DNA from: Thermodesulfobacteriota bacterium
Lineage (GTDB): Bacteria; Desulfobacterota_D; UBA1144; Nemesobacterales; UBA2774
Assembly (NCBI GenBank): GCA_965223335.1
Contig: OZ244991.1
Location: 960,001-1,024,000 of the forward strand
DNA: 64,000 bases
Direction of reading: 5' to 3'
Shown: positions 20,363 to 30,230 of the stretch, piece by piece
How the letters are laid out: every line of letters begins with the position of its first letter
Numbering within the stretch: position 1 is the first letter of the stretch
Position numbers and translations under genes: made by a program
The notes under the pieces: generated by a model
Seen by the model: the letters and a program-made list of their open reading frames with translations, nothing else
What the model was told of the DNA's origin: nothing
Databases searched by the model: none

Positions 20363-21922
20363 CTATTTGAAGAACTGATCGATGAAGATTAACAGTCTTC
20401 CCTGTATAGCGAAAGGTGTTTTCTCTGCATCGAACCCGTCCTGGCTTAGATCGTTGGCAGCCAGTGTGTTTGCAGCCTGTTGCTCTAGCAGTTGCTGTAA
20501 GCTGTCGCCTGCAAATACTACACTACCGATAAGATCTAGGTTAACACCAGGATGCATATGCCAGGTGAACGTACCCTCAACCTCAGTACCCATGTACCTG
20601 TCGAGGCTTTCAACACCCGGATATGGGTTGCTGGTCTCTTCGTTGAATGCTACAACAACCTGCGGTGTGAAGGATAGGGTGTCAGCAAGCTTAACTGTAC
20701 CCCAAACTCTTCCGTAGAAAGCGTTGTAAACGCTGCTCTCAACACCATAGATGTTTGGTATCATATGTTTGAAGAGAAGTTGGTCTAGGTTGTAAGCAGG
20801 GTTAAAGAAGATAACTCCACCCTCGAGTGAAGCTGTATCTAGGTCATCACCCTTTGCCCAACCAAATTCACCAGCGATCATTTTTACCGGCCAGCCGGGA
20901 TATACCTCAGCCCTTGCTGCCCAGATGATGTTTGTGCTGTCGATGTCAAGATCGTCAGCGCCGTCTACACCGATTGTACCCCAAGAACCCTGAATCTCAC
21001 CAACAAGTCTCCAAGCGTTAGCCTTGATGTCGATCAAACCGGAATAGAGTGTCAACCTATCAAGTGTTAGGCCTGATGTGGCTGCTGCTGCGTTCGGAGG
21101 AGTGATCCCGCCGATACCGCTACCAGGCACACTGCCGAAATTGTTCTGGTGTATGTAAGGGAATATATAACCACCGATCGTCAGGTTTGTACCGCCAACA
21201 TTCGGATTGTTATAAATAAGGGCACCCGCACCACCGTCATATCCGTCACCACTGCCGACTACCAGGCTGTTACCCTGTGTGAACCTATCAGATACGAACA
21301 CAAAGGTAAGAGAACCTGTACCCACGGCAAATGATTTCAGATATAGGAACCTGTCTAGAACAAAACCTAGGTCGGAATACGGATCCCAACCACCGTTAGC
21401 CAATATACCGAGACCCCAGTCAAAAGGCTGACGTCCAACCCTTAGGAAACCAAGGTTGCTAGGCAGCACAATGTCAGCATGTAGCATCCTGACAGTAAAG
21501 AAGCCCGGGTCATCAATTGCATTAGGTCCGGTCAAAAGTGCACCCCTGAACCTGTCGCTGAAAGATATACTGGAGTTCACAACTGTGTTACGGCCACCAA
21601 GTAAACCTGTAGTCGACCCACCCCAAAGGTTGTTACTGAACACATCAAACTGTGTTCTGATAGTAACAGCATCGCTTAGTACAAGCTGAGGTGTAAGCCT
21701 CAACGTTGTATCTACGAAAAAGATATTATCATCAGCGTTATTGAAACCAAGAGCCTGTGCATTTTCGTCGGTCAACGAATTCACAAACGTAGCGTTTTTA
21801 AGAAAACGCGCTCTGGTTCTCATATAGCTCGGGAAGCCGCCCAAATTGAGCTCTACTGCATAAGTAGGAACGGCAAGCATAAGAGCTAATATAAACAAAA
21901 CAAGCCATCTGGCTCTACTCAT
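20363..21922 (-). CDS. Outer-membrane beta-barrel protein (putative porin), family uncertain
   Basis: Sec signal peptide; amphipathic beta-strand pattern; LRVGRQPFDWGLGILANGG motif typical of deltaproteobacterial barrels. Confidence 0.65.
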   Translation of the reverse strand: MSRARWLVLFILALMLAVPTYAVELNLGGFPSYMRTRARFLKNATFVNSLTDENAQALGFNNADDNIFFVDTTLRLTPQLVLSDAVTIRTQFDVFSNNLWGGSTTGLLGGRNTVVNSSISFSDRFRGALLTGPNAIDDPGFFTVRMLHADIVLPSNLGFLRVGRQPFDWGLGILANGGWDPYSDLGFVLDRFLYLKSFAVGTGSLTFVFVSDRFTQGNSLVVGSGDGYDGGAGALIYNNPNVGGTNLTIGGYIFPYIHQNNFGSVPGSGIGGITPPNAAAATSGLTLDRLTLYSGLIDIKANAWRLVGEIQGSWGTIGVDGADDLDIDSTNIIWAARAEVYPGWPVKMIAGEFGWAKGDDLDTASLEGGVIFFNPAYNLDQLLFKHMIPNIYGVESSVYNAFYGRVWGTVKLADTLSFTPQVVVAFNEETSNPYPGVESLDRYMGTEVEGTFTWHMHPGVNLDLIGSVVFAGDSLQQLLEQQAANTLAANDLSQDGFDAEKTPFAIQGRLLIFIDQFFK

Positions 21923-21965
21923 CTCTCCTTACCTCCTTAGATTAGGTTTTTATATTTCTGAGCTA

Positions 21966-22079
21966 ACTTTATATAAATTCCCAACTTTTGTCAAGACTTT
22001 TTTTTATCTTAGCTTTTTTACATATCGCTCCGTATTTAATAATAATTTGATTCTAACACAACATAATAGTTAGTGTCAA
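21966..22079 (-). promoter_or_regulatory. Two tandem sigma70-type promoters for the 519-aa outer-membrane protein
   Basis: Minus strand TTGACA-17-TAAAGT (21994..21966) and TTGACA-18-TAGAAT (22079..22050). Confidence 0.6.
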
Positions 22080-22096
22080 TCCGTAAGTATTTCAAG

Positions 22097-22179
22097 TGTG
22101 GATACATTGTCTTATCCACTCAGATATAAGCCCGGTGTGGGGGAGTTATCCACATGTTTATAAATCTGAGTGGGACAAT
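22097..22179. promoter_or_regulatory. DnaA-box cluster inside an imperfect inverted repeat
   Basis: TGTGGATAC 22097, TTATCCACT 22112, TTATCCACA 22146 (perfect), TGTTTATAA 22155; arms CCACTCAGAT/ATCTGAGTGG. Confidence 0.6.
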
Positions 22180-22214
22180 CGATTATCTTTTCAGATTTTG
22201 TTTCAGCCGACCGC

Positions 22215-22257
22215 AAAAAACAAACCCGGCATTCCTTACCAGGCAATGCCGGGTTTT
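22215..22257 (-). terminator. Intrinsic terminator of the porin gene
   Basis: Stem AAACCCGGCATT/AATGCCGGGTTT followed by a U-tract on the minus strand. Confidence 0.8.
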
Positions 22258-22354
22258 GAGGTTTTCGGAGCCAGAACAAAAAGGGAGATTATTTATAAGA
22301 GAGATGACTTAACAACAATTCACACCTTTAAGTACTTTGCCTGTTGTTTAGAGT

Positions 22355-23758
22355 TTAGAAATAAGCTTGGAGCTGTGCCCTGAACTGATTCTCGTTTACG
22401 TCAGGAGCGCCGTTCGTAAACTCTCTTCTTTTATACGTGTAATCGAGCTGTATTTTCCACCTGTGATCCTTCGATATGTAATAGCTGAATGCAGGTGTAA
22501 GCGTCCATACCGTGTCCTGCACGCTTTCTGCATCCGGTGGCAATATGCCTGCGCTGGTGTCGTAGTCTATGTACGAGAACCTGCCGGCAACCTCGATTGT
22601 CTTCGGCATTAGGAACACGCCGGTCTGTATGTTAAAGCCTTGGTCGTATGCCCTGTCCTGTGTAGAAATATCAGGATCTATCCATCTGCCGTAGTATGAG
22701 CCCTGAACATTGAATATCGGCATCTTGAAGTTAACGTCACCCGTAATGGTAATAACGTCACCCACTGCAGTACCCAACGTGCCTTGCATCCTGTCGCAGA
22801 CATCGTTATCAGGCGTCTTTCTATCACAGTCGAGCCCCGGTATACCACCTATTGCCGCACCGAAGGTGAATGTAGGTTTCTTCGCAAAGTTTGGTGTGAT
22901 CGAATAAGCGCTTCCGGTAGCAAATGAGGAATTGGCTTTAAACTTATCACCCTCACCGCCAAAACCAACTTGCAACCTACCGGCATATAGCATATTGCTA
23001 TCTACACTCTTTCCGTTTCTACCATCCCCGTTAAACACACCGCCTGAATACGAGAAATTATACATCGGTCCCAAACCACCCAAAATTACCATGCCGCGGT
23101 CCCTTCCCCAGCCGAACTCGTCGTTTACTATGGATCTGTCTACAAACTGTAGCGCCGATGAAGAGTTAAGCTCCTGCCTGCCGAACGGCACCTTAAACTG
23201 CCCGACCCTAGGTGCGAAAGATTTATTGTATGCGAATGTAAAGTACATATCGCGAAGCGTCACACTGTCCTTTGCACCCAACTGAACGGTATACAGGAAC
23301 CAGGGCCTAAACGCATGCCCGTCCCATTTAATCCTCAGTCTCTGTACGCTGAAGTTGGTCGAGGTCTCGGGGTCACGGTTGTCTTTCTGGTCAATTGTGG
23401 CGCGGAACTGGCCTCTAAGACGCATTTTCATCTTAAAGTTCTTGTCCTTGGACTCAAACGTAAGACCTTTCTTATACTTAGCTTTAAACTGGTTGTACCA
23501 AGCGTCTTCATTCTCTTTAACGCTTTCCTTTACAGCATCCATCTGCTCTTGATCAGCCATCCTAGCGTTCTCAAGCACCTCTATCTTCTGCTGCAGTGCC
23601 TCCATCTGCTGTTGGTGTTGGCGCTGCATCTCTTCCATCTGCTGCTTAAGCTCCTTTAGTTGCTGGCGCGTAGACTGTGCCTTTGCGTCAGTACTAATCA
23701 TAGGCATCAAAAGCAGGCTTACTATAAATAAAAATGCAATCCTTTGTACCCATTTCAT
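22355..23758 (-). CDS. Phosphate-selective porin (OprO/OprP family) with N-terminal coiled coil
   Basis: Signal peptide, Q/E-rich coiled coil, RVGQFKVPFG..SSSALQFVDRS, GVFNGDG, C-terminal Phe; divergent from phoBR. Confidence 0.8.
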   Translation of the reverse strand: MKWVQRIAFLFIVSLLLMPMISTDAKAQSTRQQLKELKQQMEEMQRQHQQQMEALQQKIEVLENARMADQEQMDAVKESVKENEDAWYNQFKAKYKKGLTFESKDKNFKMKMRLRGQFRATIDQKDNRDPETSTNFSVQRLRIKWDGHAFRPWFLYTVQLGAKDSVTLRDMYFTFAYNKSFAPRVGQFKVPFGRQELNSSSALQFVDRSIVNDEFGWGRDRGMVILGGLGPMYNFSYSGGVFNGDGRNGKSVDSNMLYAGRLQVGFGGEGDKFKANSSFATGSAYSITPNFAKKPTFTFGAAIGGIPGLDCDRKTPDNDVCDRMQGTLGTAVGDVITITGDVNFKMPIFNVQGSYYGRWIDPDISTQDRAYDQGFNIQTGVFLMPKTIEVAGRFSYIDYDTSAGILPPDAESVQDTVWTLTPAFSYYISKDHRWKIQLDYTYKRREFTNGAPDVNENQFRAQLQAYF

Positions 23759-23810
23759 CTCTCGACTTCCTCCTTAATAAATGTAATAGGAAAGACGATA
23801 TAGATATTTG

Positions 23811-23848
23811 ATGAAACCAATGTGAAACTATTGTTAATTTTTCGTTAA
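23811..23848. promoter_or_regulatory. Putative Pho boxes (four direct repeats at 11-bp period)
   Basis: ATGAA 23811, GTGAA 23822, GTTAA 23833, GTTAA 23844 (TT[A/C]A[C/T] on the minus strand) in the porin/phoB divergent spacer. Confidence 0.6.
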
Positions 23849-23942
23849 GATAAAACTGTTAATATTGAAACAAAAACCTGTTCATATAACCTATTGTTGC
23901 TGTGTTATTAAATAAAAACAGTTTGGCGGATCAGGGAAATAT

Positions 23943-24632
23943 ATGAGCGACAAATTAATAGCCATAGTAGACGACGAAGAAGACATAGTGGAACTCGTAA
24001 GCCACCACCTTAAGCGCGAGGGTTTCAAGGTAAAGGAGTTTCATAACGGCCGAGACTTCCTCTCTTACTTGGAATCCGTAACACCCGACCTTGCTGTTTT
24101 AGACATCATGCTCCCCGGGATTGACGGGCTAGAGATCTGCAGGATCTTAAAAAATAAGAGCAGCACCATATCTATGCCTATCATCATGCTTACTGCGAAA
24201 GCCACTGAGGCCGATATTGTTGTGGGCCTCGAACTGGGTGCCGACGACTACATGGTAAAACCCTTTAGCACACGTGAGCTTGTGGCCAGGGTCAAAACCG
24301 TGCTCCGGAGGCTTGAGAGTACCGAAGATGCCCAGAACGTTATTGCCATCGGCGACCTCTCTATTAACACTGAACAATACGTCGTTACTGTTAATGGAAA
24401 CAAAATCCCTCTCACAACAACCGAATTCAAAATCCTAGAGGTATTGGCCGAGGGCAAAGGCAGGGTGTTCACAAGAGACCAACTTCTAAAGAAGAAAAGA
24501 CTATGGGGAGACGATAAACTGGTATATGATAGAACTATAGACGTACATATCAAAAACCTAAGAGAAAAACTCGGCCCCTTAGGTAATATGATTAAAACTG
24601 TTCGCAGTATAGGGTACAAACTAGAAGAGTAG
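23943..24632 (+). CDS. phoB: OmpR/PhoB family response regulator (PhoB/PhoP-like)
   Basis: REC domain (DD, LDIMLP, KPF) + winged helix RTIDVHIKNLREK..TVRSIGY; phosphate gene context. Confidence 0.8.
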   Translation: MSDKLIAIVDDEEDIVELVSHHLKREGFKVKEFHNGRDFLSYLESVTPDLAVLDIMLPGIDGLEICRILKNKSSTISMPIIMLTAKATEADIVVGLELGADDYMVKPFSTRELVARVKTVLRRLESTEDAQNVIAIGDLSINTEQYVVTVNGNKIPLTTTEFKILEVLAEGKGRVFTRDQLLKKKRLWGDDKLVYDRTIDVHIKNLREKLGPLGNMIKTVRSIGYKLEE

Positions 24633-24639
24633 GTCAAAC

Positions 24640-26409
24640 TTGAGTTTATTTTGGCGACAGTTTTTACAAAGCTTCATCATCATTTTCCTAGTACTGTTCC
24701 TTTTTACATTCCTTATTATAAGTGAGCTTAAAAAATACGACAGGTCCATTACAAAAGAGCGCCTACTCACCACCGCTACTCTCACCGCTGACATCCTCGG
24801 GCCCTATATTACCGGTAACGACCCCAAAGATATTCAACCGATCGTAAGACAGCTTGGAGCCAAAACAGGGGTATGGATCACGGTGGTCCAAGGCTCGGGT
24901 GTAGTCCTAGCAGACTCGGAAAATGACCCCAAAGAGATGGACAACCACTCCAAAAGGCCCGAAATACTCCAGGCCCAAAGCGAGGGCAAGGGCGAGAGCA
25001 AACGCTACAACCCCGCACACAAGCGCGATATGCTATACACAGCAATTCCCATATCAGTTGAGGGCAGCAGTACAAGTACCATTGTGAGGACCGCATTACT
25101 CTCAAACCCACTGGACGAGACTCTGGGCCCTATTGAATCCAAAATAATCTATGTGGGCCTCTTACTTACCTTGATCGCATTGCTGCTCTCTTACCTACTG
25201 ACCAAAACCTTCACCGACTCACTTCGCACCGTCATAAATGCCTCCGGAGAGCTCGCCAAGGGGAATTTTGACGTTAATATCCCGCTTCGAAGCGGCAAGG
25301 GCGAGATATCAAAGCTACACAATGTGTTCAAGCAGATGACCGACAAACTAAACGACTTCTTCAATCAGCTTTCCGAAGAAAAGAACCAGCTCGAAGCCGT
25401 ACTCAGCGCCATGAGTGAAGGGGTTGTAGTGGTAGCTAACAACAGTAACGTGATCCTGATCAATAATGCACTTAAAAAAATGTTTGAGATCACGGAACCT
25501 CCCGATAATAAGCCCTACTGGGAGGTGCTTAGAAACAAAGAGGTAATACAGCTTGTGGAAGAGGCCATATTGAACCGTGTGCACGGTAGCAAGGAGATCT
25601 ACCTCGTTTACCCCGACGACAGATACTACCTGGCTAACGTCATACCGCTTGAATCCCCCGGTGAAGAGATCATCGTGGTAATGTTCGACATCACTGAGTT
25701 TAAGAGACTCGAAAACATAAAGGCTGACTTCATCGCCAACGTATCCCATGAATTACGCACCCCGCTAACGGCCATAAAGGGCTACACGGAAACAATCGAG
25801 GAAGGCGCATATAAAGAGCCCCAGGAACTAAACCATTTCCTGAACATTATAAAGAGACATACCGATAGATTAATCCATATAGTATCCGACCTGCTCGTAT
25901 TATCCGAAATCGAAGGCAAGGACTCCCTTGCTCGCGACGATCAAAGCGAAGACATAGAACTTTTGGATATAAACGAGATCATCTCTTCATCGCTTGAAGC
26001 CCTTAAATCCAATATTACCGAAAAGAACATAAAGGTGTCGCTAAACAGCCAGAGCGATCTACCCAAATGCAGGGCTAACAGGCTTTTGCTTGAGCAGGTA
26101 TTTATCAACCTGCTCGATAACGCTACCAAGTACTCAACTGACAACGGCAATATAGAGATCTCTGTGGAATCCCCCGACAACTCGCTTAGGATTGAGATTG
26201 CCGACAACGGTATCGGTATACCCAAGGAGCATCTGCCGAGGATATTCGAGCGTTTTTACAGGGTAGATAAAACCAGGTCGAGAAAGATTGGGGGCACGGG
26301 ACTAGGACTCAGTATTGTTAAACACATAGTGCTTATGCACGGGGGAAAGATCGAGGTTGAAAGCGAAGAGGGTAACGGCAGCAAATTCATAATCTCTCTA
26401 CCGCTCTAA
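24640..26409 (+). CDS. phoR: Sensor histidine kinase PhoR-like (TM-HAMP-PAS-HisKA-HATPase)
   Basis: MDNHSKRPEI periplasmic motif, DFIANVSHELRTPLT, FERFYRVDKTRSR, GTGLGLSIVKH. Confidence 0.85.
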   Translation: MSLFWRQFLQSFIIIFLVLFLFTFLIISELKKYDRSITKERLLTTATLTADILGPYITGNDPKDIQPIVRQLGAKTGVWITVVQGSGVVLADSENDPKEMDNHSKRPEILQAQSEGKGESKRYNPAHKRDMLYTAIPISVEGSSTSTIVRTALLSNPLDETLGPIESKIIYVGLLLTLIALLLSYLLTKTFTDSLRTVINASGELAKGNFDVNIPLRSGKGEISKLHNVFKQMTDKLNDFFNQLSEEKNQLEAVLSAMSEGVVVVANNSNVILINNALKKMFEITEPPDNKPYWEVLRNKEVIQLVEEAILNRVHGSKEIYLVYPDDRYYLANVIPLESPGEEIIVVMFDITEFKRLENIKADFIANVSHELRTPLTAIKGYTETIEEGAYKEPQELNHFLNIIKRHTDRLIHIVSDLLVLSEIEGKDSLARDDQSEDIELLDINEIISSSLEALKSNITEKNIKVSLNSQSDLPKCRANRLLLEQVFINLLDNATKYSTDNGNIEISVESPDNSLRIEIADNGIGIPKEHLPRIFERFYRVDKTRSRKIGGTGLGLSIVKHIVLMHGGKIEVESEEGNGSKFIISLPL

Positions 26410-26516
26410 ATTGATACTACTGCTCAGTTGCCAAGTTGTTTAATGGCCGTAACAATACGTAACCCTAAATAGCTAGAGACATACCTACATTATATTAAGG
26501 TATGGGGTCCGGCTCA

Positions 26517-27596
26517 TTAATTACCGGCGGGATAAGAGCCCAGCACTTTTAGAAAGGTGGCGTTGCGACGAACCCGCCCTAGAAGCTTTTTTATCCTTTC
26601 ATCCTCTAGGTGGCCCTCGAAGTCGACGAAAAACATGTACTCCCAGGGGCTCTGCTTAGAGGGTCTCGATTCTATTTTCGTAAGGTTGATCCTAGCTTCA
26701 CCGAAGGGCTTGAAAAAATATCTGTCCAGCGCCCCGGGTTTATCCTTTAGCGAGAACACTATCGATGTCTTATCCCTAACACTTGGCCCGGGGATGTCGT
26801 GTCCTATCACAAAAAACCTTGTCGAGTTATCGAGCGTGTCCTCAATATTTTTCTTAAGCACATTGAGCTTATATATAGACGATGCATACTCGCTTCCGAT
26901 AGCGGCAAAGTTTTTCCTGCGCGTAGCCATCCGCACGGCCTCTGCGGTGCTTGGGGTTTCTATGTACTCGACCCCGCTTAGGTTGGCGTTTAGCCACTTC
27001 CTGCACTGCCCCAGAGCCTGGGGGTGGGACGCTACGGTTTTTATATCCTTAATACTTGTTGATTTAGAGATTAAGAAGTGCTTTATGCTCTCATAACACT
27101 CCGACACCACCCTTGCCTCCGAGGTTGTGAGTATATCGAGCACAGCACCTATCGAGCCCTCGATAGAGTTCTCAACCGGCACCACTCCGTAGTCGGCACG
27201 CAGGTTCTCTATCTCCTCAAAGACCTCGTTAAAACCCCCAACGGGCGAGTACACCGCGGTGTTGCCAAACTCTTTATGGGCGGCCTGGTGCGAAAAACTC
27301 CCCTTCGGACCCAGGTAAGCGATCTTAAGCGGTTGCTGCAGCCCGCGGCAAGCCGAGATTATCTCCCTAAATATAGCAATAACGGACGAGTCTTTTAGCG
27401 GGCCCTTGTTAAGCTCTTTTAGCGCCCTTTCTATCTCTTTTTCCCTAACCGGGTCATATACGCTAAATTCCTTCTCGTTCTTTAGGTTCCTTATATTAAG
27501 CGCAACATTGGCCCTTTTGTTCAAAAGCCGCAAGAGGTCTTTATCTATCTGATCAATGATCTTTCGTAACTTGCTTAGATTAGCTGGTGGGCCCAT
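26517..27596 (-). CDS. pheA: Chorismate mutase/prephenate dehydratase (P-protein); start placed at ATG 27596
   Basis: LRKIIDQID CM domain, AYLGPKGSFS, PVENSIEG, TRF, LTKIESRP, LGSY. Confidence 0.95.
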   Translation of the reverse strand: MGPPANLSKLRKIIDQIDKDLLRLLNKRANVALNIRNLKNEKEFSVYDPVREKEIERALKELNKGPLKDSSVIAIFREIISACRGLQQPLKIAYLGPKGSFSHQAAHKEFGNTAVYSPVGGFNEVFEEIENLRADYGVVPVENSIEGSIGAVLDILTTSEARVVSECYESIKHFLISKSTSIKDIKTVASHPQALGQCRKWLNANLSGVEYIETPSTAEAVRMATRRKNFAAIGSEYASSIYKLNVLKKNIEDTLDNSTRFFVIGHDIPGPSVRDKTSIVFSLKDKPGALDRYFFKPFGEARINLTKIESRPSKQSPWEYMFFVDFEGHLEDERIKKLLGRVRRNATFLKVLGSYPAGN

Positions 27597-27705
27597 TTTT
27601 TTATCAATTCGGGGGATTCGCACAATGATAGCAATAGCCTTTATTATTGTCAAATACCATAAATACTGATCACATTTGTGTTATATATCCGTTAGTTACG
27701 GTTTG

Positions 27706-28260
27706 TTAAATCCCTCGTTTATCCCCCTTTTCGTTTTTTAGAGACGCTTTATCAATCACGGACTGGTCTACATATATAGGCACACCCAACCTCGCGGCCA
27801 GCGCTAGGGCATCGCTTGGCCTTGCATCGATTTTAGATTTTTTGTTGCCGCTTGAAATCCGTACCTCGGCATAGTAAACACTGTCGCGGAGGTCTACAAT
27901 CACTACCTGCTCTACCTGGGCGTCGAGGGTCCTTAGAATAGCTGCAAACAGGTCATAGGTAAGCGGTCTAGGTGCTACGACCCCCGAGACCCCAATCTCA
28001 AGCGACCTTGCCTCACATAACCCTATCCATATGGGGAGCAACTCTCCTCCTTCCTTGTCGCTAAGCACCACCACAGGGCTCCCCACTGCCTGGTCAAATC
28101 CCATGCCCTTTATCTCCATCTCGTGCAATCCATTTTCGGGTACGGTTTTCTTCTTTACTTCCTCGCCCCCAGCAGATACAAGCATCAACGCCATCAATAC
28201 CACGACAACCCCGGTGATTCGAGTACACTTCCCCACGGCACACCTCCTTAGCTTTTTCAC
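27706..28260 (-). CDS. Bifunctional nuclease (DUF151/BFN) domain protein with N-terminal hydrophobic segment
   Basis: LPIWIG..EA, PRPLTYDL, IDARPSDALALA. Confidence 0.85.
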   Translation of the reverse strand: MKKLRRCAVGKCTRITGVVVVLMALMLVSAGGEEVKKKTVPENGLHEMEIKGMGFDQAVGSPVVVLSDKEGGELLPIWIGLCEARSLEIGVSGVVAPRPLTYDLFAAILRTLDAQVEQVVIVDLRDSVYYAEVRISSGNKKSKIDARPSDALALAARLGVPIYVDQSVIDKASLKNEKGDKRGI

Positions 28261-28433
28261 TTCTACTTATAATACAGGACTTACCCCCAATACTCGGGAT
28301 GATCTAAGAAATTTGATAAATAGTCGCACCACCACAATATCATTGTACGCTATCCGTATCACTATTTATATCATATACAGAAATTTCGGTTGGTAGCACT
28401 AAAGGGATTTTTAGGTTTTTAGGAAAATCTGCG

Positions 28434-28700
28434 TTACTTCTCTCCGATTATATATAGACAGCCCCTCTCACCTACAACGGCCGAGTGCACCTCGTTCGCA
28501 AGTACATCGAACCGGTCCCCGGGCCCGTAGGTAACTGTTTCACCGCCCGAGGTAATAGTGATCTCACCCTCGAGCACTATGTGTGCTGTGGTCCCGCGGT
28601 GTGTGTGTTCGGGGTAATGAGCGTTTGGCGGGTCGCGGTGCGTGAATACACCCGAAAACCCTTCGTCAATAAGATTTTCTATTAACTTATTTTCATTCAT
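28434..28700 (-). CDS. Cupin domain protein
   Basis: YPEHTH..HIVLEGE..PGD..H cupin motifs. Confidence 0.85.
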   Translation of the reverse strand: MNENKLIENLIDEGFSGVFTHRDPPNAHYPEHTHRGTTAHIVLEGEITITSGGETVTYGPGDRFDVLANEVHSAVVGERGCLYIIGEK

Positions 28701-28727
28701 TTTAGGTTCAAATTGGTAGCATAAGGA

Positions 28728-29624
28728 TCAAAAACGTGTCACAGAGCCCTTTTGAAATCTGGGTTGATCGATTGTGCCTATAATCTTCCCGCCCAGGCTC
28801 CCGTCTCGCTGGCGCTCGAGATAAGAGGTGAGTATCTGCTTGTACTTCGAGTACTCGGGCCCGGTGATCTGTACCCTAAACCCAAGGTCTATGCGCCCCG
28901 TGCCTGGCAGCTTCCAAAGTAGCGGTGTGGTGCCCGTGACCTCCATATTGATACCGTTACCGCTTAGCTTAAGCTGGTCGATAACCGTACTCTCACCGCC
29001 TATGTGTCCGTTTAGGTTTGTAGTTAAACCCGATAGAGCCGGGAGTGTGAACTGACCTAGCTTAAGGTTGCTAAGCTCCATGCCGTCTACTACAAAATTA
29101 AACTCACCCTCGGGTATACCTTCCATCCCCACGCTAAGCTCTCCGTTTACGGGACCGCTTATTGTGAATTTGTTATTACTCTCTCTGGACATAAAGAAAG
29201 GCAGCACATCTATGTCCACTCCTTCCAGTTTTGCCCTCACGCTGTTTACGGCTTTTTGCTCCGAGTTATACCTCAAAACCCCGTCTACACTACCCCCCGC
29301 GACCCCAGCACTATAGCCGAGCTTCTTGTTTTTGAACAAGAGACTAAGCAGCCCGGGTTTAAGCCTAAGGTTATCAATCTCTAGGGATTCGCTTGGGGAC
29401 TTAATCAGTTTTACCTTCTCTATCTTAAGACCCAGAATACCTGCAAGCGATGCCCCCGTGACCTCTGCTACATAAGGAGTGTTTCTTTCGATTTCGGCTA
29501 CTATTTTATTCTCTATAATCTCCGAGGGAAACGTGATGTAGAGGAATATAAAAAACGCAATCACAAAAAATAGCGAGTATGAAACCGGTTTAAAGTAGCG
29601 TGACTTCATAAATCGATCTTTCAT
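28728..29624 (-). CDS. gspN: Type II secretion system protein GspN-like
   Basis: N-terminal TM followed by TFP, beta-rich body ending GTIDQP; follows gspL/gspM-like genes. Confidence 0.7.
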   Translation of the reverse strand: MKDRFMKSRYFKPVSYSLFFVIAFFIFLYITFPSEIIENKIVAEIERNTPYVAEVTGASLAGILGLKIEKVKLIKSPSESLEIDNLRLKPGLLSLLFKNKKLGYSAGVAGGSVDGVLRYNSEQKAVNSVRAKLEGVDIDVLPFFMSRESNNKFTISGPVNGELSVGMEGIPEGEFNFVVDGMELSNLKLGQFTLPALSGLTTNLNGHIGGESTVIDQLKLSGNGINMEVTGTTPLLWKLPGTGRIDLGFRVQITGPEYSKYKQILTSYLERQRDGSLGGKIIGTIDQPRFQKGSVTRF

Positions 29625-29626
29625 AG

Positions 29627-30226
29627 CTAAATAACCCTATTGAACTTGAACGACGAGATCCTAAGCGATACGTTCATTAGATCCGGTTTATCGAACTTTG
29701 TCTTTATCCTCAGATTCGAGACCTTAAGAAAGGCCTGTCTCGACTGCAGTTTATATAGTATATCGAGTAAATCCCTAAGCGATACCTGTTTTAGGTCAAC
29801 ATCTACACTCTTTTCCGAGTAGAAGTCCTCGGGCTCAGGGGCCCTGGTGTTTACATCCTTTATTGAAAAGTTTTTACGCTCTATGTTCTCATCGATCAGT
29901 ATTTTTTCCACCACAGATATGAGTGCTTCTTCCTCGGTCTTTATCTTTGTCGAGAGTTCCCTGATCTTTTGTTTCGACTCTATGTACTCTGTGCGAAGCG
30001 CCTTTATTTTCTCCAGGTCCGTGTGCAGCTCGATGTTTCTTTTCTCTAGCTTTGCAGCCCCCGAAGAAAACGAATGGAATACGAGATAGAGGATCATTAG
30101 AGATACACCTACAGCACCTATCATCACAGCCCTTCGGTCGCGCTCCGTAGACATCACGCGGTTTATAAATGTAAAAACCTTTTCCCTCAATTTTTGTGTG
30201 AACTCAGAAACTCTCTCTCTATTCAT
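29627..30226 (-). CDS. Type II secretion system GspM/PilO-like protein
   Basis: TERDRR-TM-coiled coil-ferredoxin-like domain. Confidence 0.7.
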   Translation of the reverse strand: MNRERVSEFTQKLREKVFTFINRVMSTERDRRAVMIGAVGVSLMILYLVFHSFSSGAAKLEKRNIELHTDLEKIKALRTEYIESKQKIRELSTKIKTEEEALISVVEKILIDENIERKNFSIKDVNTRAPEPEDFYSEKSVDVDLKQVSLRDLLDILYKLQSRQAFLKVSNLRIKTKFDKPDLMNVSLRISSFKFNRVI

Positions 30227-30230
30227 CTAG

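Noticed and set aside
22096..22383. 95-aa + strand ORF
   Set aside because: Overlaps DnaA boxes, a terminator and the porin 3' end; no SD or protein motif.
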